Source: Chrysomallon squamiferum (lineage: Eukaryota; Animalia; Mollusca). From it: 64,000 bases of DNA. A program made the translations under genes and the position numbers. Each line of letters opens with the position of its first letter. Position 1 is the stretch's first letter. The notes beneath the pieces were generated by a model that was not told where the DNA came from, made no database searches, and saw only the letters and a list, made by a program, of their open reading frames with translations. Location: NCBI GenBank assembly GCA_012295275.1, contig CM022679.1, forward strand, positions 24,490,001-24,554,000. The letters are read 5' to 3'. Positions 24,701 to 36,300 of the stretch are shown one piece after another.

Positions 24701-27700
24701 ACTTACTGATCCATTAAAAGAAAGGAAAAATTTCACTAATTTGTCATCATGAATCTGTGGGTGCCTGGCAACAATGTTGATGAATCTTCGCAAACATTTT
24801 CTTCGATGTTCAATAAATTCTCGACTGGCTGTAGAACGAAAAAAACAACAACAATAAAACAATAGCATAAAGGTAATTCTGTATGTATGTGTTTTTGGAG
24901 GAATATGAATCAGTTTGCATAGTAGAAGAGAATGATTATATAAGAGTGAAAAAGTGTGTATGTATGTATGTGTGTGGGTGGGTGGGTGTGCATGTGCATG
25001 TGCATGCCTATGTGAATCTAAATTTAAATAGGTTTGGGTGAGTGGTGTCTGAGTGTTTTTATTTGCATGTGTGCAAGTGTATGCATTTGTGTGTTTGTGT
25101 TCCAAAATCATCTAGAAATATAAATATTTATTTAGTCACATGTATACTCACAAACACATACACAACATACACTATACATTAATTGTATCTGTTACTGTAC
25201 TTTGATGTAAGTTGATGTACTTTGTTTTGTTTTTCTGTTAGGTTCCTTTAATCATACCTCCCATCATTTTCTTTGGTGGAAGCCTTGGAATGATGCGGTA
25301 TGGATAGCGTAGCATGAGTAACTCATGCAATGCAATGAAATCGTTGTATCTTCGCAAAACTGTTGTTTTACATCTCTGAAAAAAGAAAATTATAATAACT
25401 GTTTAGGATTTTGTTTATATTTTTAATAATTTATACCATAAAATTCTCCAATATATTTTATTAACATTTCATTAAAATCAAGCTTATCTAACTGAATACA
25501 ACCATAACAATCATATTCAAAAGAAGAAAACTGAAAAATCACATTAGTAATAACTCAAACAAATAACAATGTCAATATGAGGCCCACTTGAGAAATTACA
25601 TTAGTAACAGAATCAAACAAATAACAATGCCAGCTATTAAGTGGCTGCATTTTAGTATGTGCTTAATGATATAATTTATCACTAAAAACAATGTTAACCT
25701 AAATAATAATTAGGACATAACATCCAGCAGGAAGTTATATGACAGTAAGATAAACAAAGTTCAGATTAAAATCAGAGTATTTACTTTACTTGTTAGTTAA
25801 TTTTTCAGAATCAGACCTATTTTAAGACTTGCTTAATGATACATTTTGTTTCTGAAAACAAGCTAAATAATATTTATGACAATACATGTGACAAAATGCA
25901 AAATACCAGTCAAACAATCAGTTAGTATTAAGAATATTTATGCCATTTGTTACATCATGTTTCAGAATCAGATTTATTTTAACATTTGGTTAATGCTATA
26001 TTTTATTATTGAAAATAATTTCAATTTAAATAATATTTATGACATAGCCCACATCAAAAAGCAATAAACCAGTTAACGTTATGAATGTTCAGATGAAATT
26101 AGAGTATTTACTTGGCTTGTTACTTCGTATTCAACGTGCTTCAGAATCAGACCTCTTTTTTCTGGTACCAGTTCCACCTTGACAGAGTCAAGCTCACACA
26201 AATCACTGTAAGAAAATGCCAGCACGTTTGGATTCCGGTCTCGACGAATTCGCTGACTCGTGATTTTTAAGTCACTAAGATCACCTAATGACGGTTTGGG
26301 TAGTTCTGAAAATATTCATTTGAGAAATAAAGTAATGTAAATTAAGAACACCTCAATACATTTAAAATATTAGTGATTACTGAGGAACAGTTTTGTGTTT
26401 AACCTATAATAAAAATACAAATGAAAACAAACCTAACTCCACATCAAGACATCAGCTACTATCTGGTTATTAATAAGGGATATTTACAGGCATCTTCACA
26501 TACTACAGCTTTCGATAAACCAGTTATTGGAAATAGACCACTAAGTGCATGAAGAAAGATACAAACAAATAAAATAAACAAATAAAATAAATGAACTATT
26601 ATAAGCACTATTAAGAGAATAATCAAACTGGAAGTTCTAATCAGAAATGAGTAATGTACATACATCTATAAGATATATAATCTATACTCTTTTTTTTTTT
26701 TCTTGATTATGATGATTTTATGGGAGAAAGATAAAATTATATTTTTCCATTAGTTAGTTACTTTATTTCAAATATTTTGTTAAATAACACTTCAAACTTA
26801 AAAAGTGGTAGTCATAAAACAGAAACATAGGATTTTATGAACAATAAAGTAATTAAAAAAATGAACTCTTTTAACAGAAACTGTACAACTTTCAACAAAG
26901 ATAAACAAATGTTATTGAAAAATACTTGAATTAAGCAGTAACAAAATGAATGACATTTATAAAAGCTAAGATGATTTACCTGCAACTAAAAAACAAAAAA
27001 GTAAAAAAAAATCCTCCAAAAGAAATCACATGTACATTCAGACATTAAATAAGGATTTACAACTGATGATAAAAAATAAGGAAACAGTGTTTCCTATAAG
27101 ATCATGCTACTGTATATAATGAATAACAAACAGCAACCTGAGCTATTCACAATATATTCTGTATGTGTATCATGGCTGGATATTATTACCACTTGTCAGT
27201 TATCAAGACGTTTTCTAATTGTAAATTGTGAATATTAAATACCACACAATTGCTGAAATTTCACACTTAGAACAGAATGCAAAAACAAACAAAAAAAAAA
27301 AATGTAATAATAATAAAAGGTATAAAAAATGTATTTGAAAAGACTAAGTATTTCTGAAGGTTACTGTAACATTTTTTTTTTATAAATGAAAACCTGTAAA
27401 TTGAGATCTTTGTTTGCAGTGACATTTTTAATGGCTGTATTCTTGAAAAGGGAATCATGTCAATTATTCATGTTACCACAAAATGCTGGAATAAGTGAGA
27501 CTTTTTTATATATGTAAAATGAAATTATCTAGCAAACCTTAAAACGAAACATTAATGTTAATAATCCATATGAAATTCATGAAGTGGTAAAATGTATTAG
27601 TTTTATAAAAAAAAAAATATATATGGGTATATATCTATAATATGGTATAATTATGTTTAGAAAGAAATTAACAAAAATAATATAACATCACTTGACCTAC

Positions 27701-30700
27701 TCTGTGTGGTCTGATATCTCACTCAGCAAAAAATTCCTAAGACATTGTGGTTATTATAGAAAGAAAAAAAAAAAAATAATATATATTTTTACATTACTAG
27801 ATTAACAATAAACAGGTATAAATGTCTGGTATATATAAAATGAATAATTTTTGGGAGTTTTGCAGCATTCTGAAACTGGAGATTTTTTAAAGTCAGAACT
27901 GTAATTCTTCAAATCAATAACGTTTGGCATTCCTTACACAGATTTTTCGAAAAGAGTAAAACATCAGTCTATCTCTATAATTGGCATAATCATTTACATA
28001 CACCATTAAAACACAACACTGTAAGTTTGATTACAAGCCAGTCACTATTATAAAGTCTTTGTTGATATACTCAAAAAGTGTTTTGGTTTATTCTATAATG
28101 GTATTCTTGGTTAGTAAACAACTATTATTTGTAGTCTCATTATTTTCATTGATTTTTATTTGTCTTTGTTTTTCCTAATTAATTTGTATTATTACTCAAA
28201 GGTATATAAATACTGATGATTCTTTATTATGTCTGTTGCCCAACTAAGTTGACACTATCAAGCTGTCTTGTGTATGTATATGTTGATGTTTATGAGGTTC
28301 TTTTTTGGGGGGTGGGGTATTGGGTTTTGATTTTTTACAACTGTTCATGATTTCAGTTAATATAGTTTTATATAAATCTTGTTCTTACCTTGCCCTGAGT
28401 ATGTCTCTAGAAGTTTTTCATTGATTGCTTTTCCCTGCTGTGCCAAAGCAGTAAGCGCTAAAGCTTTGTACAGTCCATTCCTATTCAGGCTTCCTTGATT
28501 TGAATCAACAGCTTCCCATATCTACAATAGTTAATTTAAATTTCACAGCATGTAACCCACACAAAATACTATTTCCATCTCTAGTTTTCACTAATTATAA
28601 TGTGGACAATGGACAAATTGTGGTTGTCAGTATGATGGTGATAAAAAAAAAAAAAAAAATCTGTTTACACAGTTTCACTGAATTAGGAAAATGAAGATAA
28701 GACTATTAAACACAAAGCAGGAAAATTCATATGTATATAGATAGATAGATAGATAACTATTTTTATCAGTAGTTAAGTACACAATAATATATAGCCTTGA
28801 GCAACTTCTTAAAAAATATAATAAAACAAAATTATACATAATTATAAATAGAAAAATGAATAAGATAGAGGATATACTTGCTTCCAGTGACACTGTGTAA
28901 ATCAAAAATAACTTTTTCATATAATCAAGATTTTATGTTCTTACGACAAAAGATTAATATTTATATATCTGAAACCATCAGTTAATGAAATTTAGGCTTT
29001 TCACTGACCATGAAGTGATTCAAAAAGAAATTAATTTATGAATTTGAAACACAGGGTTTAACCAAATTTTCTAATTCAAAACACATTTTGAAAAGGACAA
29101 AGAAAGAAGAGTTAACTTTGGTAATAGACTGGTTAAAATGAATAAAAACATATCAGACTGGACATTTCATTTCCTTTGTTGATCATACATTTTAAATACA
29201 GAATATATATTTGTCAAGCAGTAACATAACATTTCACAATGGATTCATATGGATGTTGTTTCTATGGCTCCTAGTATTTCAGCCAGTTCTTAGCATCTCT
29301 AAGTATGTTTATTAATAATGACCAGTCACAGCACTCAACAACCAAATAATATTAATAATCGGTCAGTCTATAAATTCTTTTTTATTTATTTATTTATTTA
29401 TTTTGTATCATAAGTTCTGTCCCAAACAATTAACATTCCATTTCAGTGTCTATAAAACCTGTGAAAATAAAATTGATTATTCATTATATATACTAGGTAC
29501 AAAAGAACTACCATGGTTTGAGCACATAGCCAAAACAGCTTGGAACAATTAAAAACATTAATAAAATTTTAAAAATTTAAAATTATTGGATCAAGGATAT
29601 ATAAGACATATAAGCTACTCTAAGGTTTTTTATTTGTTTGTTGTAGTGGGATTTTTTTTTTTTTTTTCTCCCTGGCAACTGGTTTCAGTTTTTCTTCCCA
29701 AATTACATAAATAACATAAGTATTTTAACAAACAAAAAAAAAAAAAAAAATTTGTTTTTCATGACTAGACCCAAAACAACTGATCTGTAAGTAATCAACA
29801 CTAAGATACAATTTTCCACTTAATGTTTCAAAATAATAATAATGGTTTTTAAAAAAGGCTGTTGAAAAATATTGTTCCTAACAATTGTCATGGTTATTTT
29901 AAGGATAAAATACAACAAAAAAAAAAATACTGATAGCAAACCTGAATTTATTCCCATGGCAATAAAACACTGCAGTAAAAACTTAAAAGTTGTGCAGCAA
30001 TTTCCATAGATTACCAGGGGACAATTACAGATGTTAAATAATAATGAAATTATCACATAATGATCCAACAAACACTAGGTTCTCCTACCTCACAAAATTA
30101 ACTACAACAGACACAACATACTGAAATGATCATTTATAAGTAAATAAATAAAAATAATTTAATAAACTTCAGTATCTTCATATTTACTGTTTTTATTTAT
30201 TACTGTTCATAATATTTTTTTTATTTTCAAAATATAAATTTTGTTTTGTGAAAATATTAATCCATTTACTAATAAATAATGTTATTTTGCTATAATATTT
30301 TGTTACTTTATTTATTAAAAGTATCCCTGATTGTCAATAACAATGCACATACTTCATAAAAATCAATACCAAAATGAATACTGGACAAATGCACTCACTG
30401 AAATTAATATAATAGTTATCAGGTTATCATTTTTGTATAATGATGATAAATTTAATTCCAATAATTTCAGGGGACTTTTTTGTTTGCTTTTGTGTTTTGG
30501 GAAATGACAATTCTATTTGAAGAGACTATATTTTTACAAATAAAACAAAAATTAAAGTAACAAAAAAGTTAATATTCAGCACTCTTTGCTAAATCAATCA
30601 TTAAATTTTAATTTTATTTTTTAATTTTTTTTATCTTTGCTGCCATAATTTATTTGAGATTAAAATTATAAAATACTTAAACTTAAAGCGTCATATCTTA

Positions 30701-31538
30701 CTTGCAGACTATTGTACATAAATAATTTAATAAATTATGTAATAAATCAAAATCGAGACAATTATAACAAATGTGGAATTTGTTTTGTTACAAAATAAAA
30801 AGAAAATGATAGATAGATAGATAGACAGATATAATGGCAGGGGTAAATGTCAACATACATTTTAAAATAAAAATTTAAAATACGAATCATATGAAGAGAT
30901 ATTCATGATGTTGGTGGCCAATGAAGTGTCAACAACAAATATATGATAAATAAATAAATATATGAAATAAAAAGTATTATATCAAGTACTTTAACTGTCA
31001 TTGTGATTTATTTCAGTTGCTCTAAAATTTATTTGAAAGAACGTTAATTACACATTGAAACGAAGCACTCACTACCTTATGTGGATCGTGACAATCAGTT
31101 TAACGGTAACATACCACATGATTCAAATCACTGGAAACGCCCACCAACTAAGCAATGCATGTGGCCATTTCTGTCACGACAATTTCAAGGTTTGAGTTGT
31201 TAATAACAAATGTCTAACAACCAACCTAAGTCTCACTTATCTAAGCAATTTGTACTTATATAATGTATGTATATGAATAACTTACTTGCATTATCACCTG
31301 TTTCGGCAGACTAGTTTTGAGTAACATCTGAATAAAAATTTCACGATCCACATGTTCTTGGTTTGGGCAAACGATATCATAAATTTCCCGATAAAGAGCT
31401 GGAACCGACCCTGCAACACAATTTGAAATAATTTAACGCATCACTGTTAATATTTTCAAATGTCACCAATCACTGTCACAATCAGCGATGTCCCACTTAA
31501 CTCTACCTTTACTTACCAAACGACAAGTCGGTCGACAT
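19152..31538 (-). CDS. SNX8: Sorting nexin-8 (Mvp1 family; EH-like + PX + BAR), complete, 14 exons, 531 aa
   Basis: Exons in transcript order: 31538-31517, 31410-31286, 28521-28389, 26305-26112, 25375-25258, 24828-24707, 24296-24216, 23435-23275, 22786-22654, 22260-22192, 21538-21425, 20770-20732, 20143-19994, 19286-19152. All GT-AG, phases consistent, total 1596 nt. Motifs: [103 protein letters not shown]. Confidence 0.95.
19297..19344. repeat. (AAT)n microsatellite
   Basis: Pure AAT run next to the last SNX8 acceptor. Similar runs occur at ~21665-21702, ~54727-54795 and ~61282-61337. Confidence 0.9.
25655..26153. repeat. degenerate tandem repeat, ~160-180 bp x3, overlapping the 3' end of SNX8 exon 4
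   Basis: Anchors TCAGAATCAGA at 25805, 25962 and 26141; G(C/G)TTAATG at 25661, 25831 and 25988; AGAGTATTTACTT at ~25774 and 26101. Confidence 0.7.
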
Positions 31539-32139
31539 CTTGAATGTTGTTGGTCATGTGATTCTTAATCCGTCACCCAAACTTTAGAATAATAAAACAA
31601 AAACATATTAAAAAAGAAATATAAATTATTCCATTCAAAATTATAGAGATGCCATTAGAAATAATATGTTTGTTCTTAAATGTTACTGTTATTAATTTTC
31701 TTTAATGAAGTGTTTTTGTTCGAGGGAATAGGGGGGGGTCATTTTGTAGACTGGTTTTACTTATAAATCAATTAACTGTTCATTCTAGCGCAATAGTTTT
31801 TACTTTCAGTGCACGTCGTTACGATGACAGGCGTTTAATTTGCATGGTTTCGAAGCAATCTATTCATTGATTTCTATTTACAGACATTGTCATTCATTTC
31901 ATTTTGCTGGACCGTATTTATTTTTTTTACTTTATTTAAAACAAAAATTCAAATTACTGATGTTATCTTACAGTTTGTTTGCTTTTTGTAAAAATAATGT
32001 CAATTCGTTTACAACGTCACTGTAAACTAGTTGAGACACATCAGACAGGCAATGTTTTTTCGTCTGATTCTGTGAAGTGGATTTAGCCGTCTCCCGAAGA
32101 CCTTAGCAGAAGTGATGATCATTTTATAGTGTTTAAACA
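31539..32139. promoter_or_regulatory. bidirectional promoter region between SNX8 and IQCE
   Basis: Divergent ATGs with 601 bp between them; local CpG enrichment; GTCATGTGA (31553-31561) and the X-box-like palindrome GTCGTTACGATGAC (31815-31828). Confidence 0.7.
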
Positions 32140-33299
32140 ATGCCTCGAAAAAATCAGGTAATTATGACTAAAGAATTTTTGTAATTTGTATCTGATCATT
32201 TATATTGCAAGTGCCCTTCAGTCCATTGTGATGATAATGTTCATTAGACATTACATAATCATGACATTAATTATAAATTTTATTTTTTATATTTTTAATT
32301 TTTTTAAAATTTCCATAAAAATGTATCATTTGACATAAACATAAATTATTAAGTTGTTGTTGTTGTCATCGTCTTCGTTCTTCTTGTTCCTGTTGTTTTC
32401 ATCTGATACTTACTATGCTAGTAACTATTTCAAATGTATTGATATGACCTTTTGTAGGTTCATCATGTCCAGTTGACATAAGTATATGCTTTAAGCTTTT
32501 GCAGAATGAGTAAGATTGTAACTGTAAGCTTAAAAAACATGATTCAAAATATTTTATACACTCAATTAACATATACTACAAATGGGTTCTGAATCAAATA
32601 TTTCCTTAATATTTAGGGATTAGAATAATATAAAACAAGTAATAATCAAATACTGTTATTTTATTTTACATCTGTGTTTTATTTATTGTTCAATATACAT
32701 GAATATTGTGTTCAATATAACATCACAGACAATCCTGCAAACTTCAGAATCATTACTCAGTTGCTAATTGCATAAATTCACTCACAAAAATTTTCCACAG
32801 ATTCTTGAAAATAAAATTTCCTCTATTTCATACAGCAAGACCATGTGTTGATGTTTTATTAAAGTAAGACATTGTTTTTCATGAAACTTCTTTTTCCCAA
32901 TCATTCAACATACATACACCAGGTCCCAAATAAATAAAATTATTTATAAAATATATTAAAATTTACTTGCTAAAAATAAAATCTAAATTAAAATATAATC
33001 AAACTGAAAAATCAATCAGGTACTGAATCACCTGAAAGGTATATTGCATAAATAATTGTACAGTTTGCAACTGAAAACTGTTGAATACTGACAAAATATT
33101 TTAAAAGTGACTGACATTTCAATAACCATTCAAAAGGATAAACACATTTTTAATAATGTTGGAATTATTATTTATGTTACACATGCATTCACACATCCAT
33201 TATTTTGGTTTGTTTTGTTGGGTTATTATTATTTTAATTTTATTATTATTACTATTATTATTATTATTACTATTTCTGTTTGATTGTTTCCATTCTGTG

Positions 33300-33333
<34 letters not shown>

Positions 33334-36300
33334 GTTCTTGTTTTGTATATCTTCTTATGTTTTTGTTCTTTTTCTAATTTAAGTTATATACTGTTGGGAT
33401 AATATTAAGATAAGTATAGTTTCTGATGTATTCTTTTTATAATGTTTATAAATATTTCATTTACTTTTATTGCAGAACCATTATGATGATGATTTTAATT
33501 CAGAAGAAGAAACAGAAACATTGGTAAGTTAATTAAAACTAGAATATTTAGTTTTTATAATGTTCACTATACAACAGTAACAATCAAAGAATCATTAAGG
33601 ATATAATGACATCTAACACACCTTATTTCAAGTATCAGACCCAACCTTGAAAATAATCTTACTTATTAGTTTTTTTATAGGAATATTACATCTAAATTCA
33701 CATCCGACATCATGTGGCAAATGTAGTTTAATTTTCATTTTGATATATTCTTAGCATAATAAATACTTTTATATACATTACTAATTTATTTCCTTGATAT
33801 AGATTTCTCGTAACAAACCTCCAAGACAACAAAAACCAGGTAAGCATTATTAAGTAATATATTAAATACTAGAGTATGTATGTACTTGATCTTAAATGAA
33901 TCATTTCAAGGTACACACATACACAAATACACACATGCACACACACACAAATACCAGCAATCAAAAACAAGATACTGTTACCACAAGCATGTTTCTAAAT
34001 CAGAATTATTAAATGATAACTTGGAATTTAAAATTTAAAAGGAAGAGAAAAAGGTTTGATAGTTTAGTGTATACTGTATTGTAATCTAAAAATAATGTGA
34101 AAATAGGATAAATGATGATGGTATAGTCGCTGGATTACTTTATTCCCAGTCAGTGTTTGTTGTTTCATGAATTGAAGTATGTCCATTTTTGTATTTGGAA
34201 AAATTCATATAAAAGATATTCTTCTATTAACTAGTAAGGAGGAGACCATTGTTGGATAGAAGTAGTTTTCCATATTCACATTAATATTATCATTATTATT
34301 ACACTATTTGTAATACCTTACAAGTTGTTATGATATTTTGCATTTGTATATATTAAATGTAGAATTAATCAATGGAATCAAATTGATTTAATCTGTTACA
34401 GAGGTATACTGTTTTAGCAATTTGGTTTTATTGTTTTTCAGCATCTGGAAAAAGGACATCTAGAAATTCTAAGCGATCAAGTATGTTGATACCTTACTGC
34501 ATTGAGTTTACTTTTATCTAATGATGTATATATGTGTGTGTGTCAATTGATAAATAGATAGATATAGATAGACATAAATAAAGAAAAACTTAATCCTTTA
34601 TCCAAGTTATAAGTCAGATATATCTTTTTAAACATTTTAAGTAAATTAACAAGTAATATAAATATCTAGAATTAATCATTTTGATAATTGTTTTCAAGTA
34701 ATTATACATTAAGATTACAAAGGTGATACATTATGAAAAGACAACATGGTAAATTATTCAAAATATTTGCATTAGCCAGTATAAAGTCTTATTTAAAATT
34801 TCAAAGTAAACATCAACAATATTCTTGGCATTACTAACACAATAGTTACCAAGTAGATATTCTAACGTACATTTCTTTCAAGAAAATATAATATGGAAAT
34901 ATTTTCTAAAACTTTGATAATTATGAAATGTTATTATTTGTTTTAAATTTTTCTTGCACACAGGTGATTATTATTTAAATGCTTCAATTCTAAGATATCA
35001 TTTAAATTATTTTAAGACTCTTTTTTTTTTTTTTTTTTTTTTTTTTTAGATTCTCCTCATAAGAATCGAGCTCACAGTGTCCCAGCAGCAAGAACTGGCA
35101 AAGATCTGTGGATAAATGCCATTCAGAAAAGGCAAACACGTCAGTTTGTTTTTGTTTTTGTTTTCTTATTACATGTATTCTTAAAAGTCATATTTTTTAA
35201 TAGTCATTTTAACTAGGGGTTTGATATGAATAATAATATTAATCCAAGACTGAATAAATGTTTCTTTTCTTTCCATATTTATTATTAACAATGTTGTTAC
35301 TGATCATCTTGTTATTTTTGTTATTATATAGTTATTATTTTACATACATCTTATTTTATTTTTCAGTTGGTATTGCAAGTGGAAAACGTTCAGAGAGTCC
35401 TCGACACAAAACCCCAATTGAATATTGGTTGGATACTTTTAGAAAAACTGGTGGAGGTATTGCATAGTTATTGTTAATTTTTTACTGTAGTGAAATATAA
35501 AATAATTTTATATTTGTATTGGCTGGAAACTTTTAAAAATTTGGGAGATACTATATGGTTTTACCTTTTTATTTACTGTTGTTTTATATATATATATATA
35601 TATAATTTTATACTAACACATTAATATTTTTGTTGTTGTTGTTGTTTATTCTTTCTTGCGGTTTTAACCTAAAAATATTTTTTGGCTTTTGTTCATAATG
35701 ATTGATACATATATATAAAAGATTTGTATTTACATTTATTTGTTTACATTCTAACAGATAGTGCTACAATGAATACATTCAGTGGTCTGAAGAAAACTGG
35801 TGACAAGAATCTGGCCTATCTGAGTACACCTCACTACCTGAGACAGGTGGTTGGAACAGAAAAACCTGGAAAAAACAATAATGTTACAGGTTTGCATTCT
35901 TAAATCTTAGTTACTGAATTCTTTAAATTGCACTATGATCAGGCAGCAGTTTACCCATTCAGATGAGAAGTGTTGACTCAAAGGACCAGTGCTGTGTTCT
36001 GCCTGTTTTGAGCTATTTCCCATTCACTGTGAGGATAACAACTGTTTTATAATTTTTGCCATAGGACCAGTATTTTTAATATTTTTGTCTTTCAAAAGTT
36101 AAAACTCTAACTGACCTTACAATTTTTATAACTTTGGGGCTACTTTACTTTTAATATTTTTTTTATTTATTAACCTTGAATACCATGTCCACCTGTGTGT
36201 GAAATATTGGTTTAAGTTTTCATGTCTCTAAATTAGACGATGTTTGTTTCAGCAAAACCTTCTGCAGGAACACCTGCCTATAAAACTCAAGAAGAGTATT

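Noticed and set aside
29400-30090. Cryptic - strand donor (~30088) and acceptor (~29458) in SNX8 intron 2
   Set aside because: Immediate in-frame stop and no closing donor; not supportable without RNA data.
33156-33377. Hydrophobic poly-L/F ORF, and similar ORFs at 9251, 44299, 52339 and 57388
   Set aside because: Translations of (TTA)n, poly-T and (TA)n tracts, not membrane proteins.
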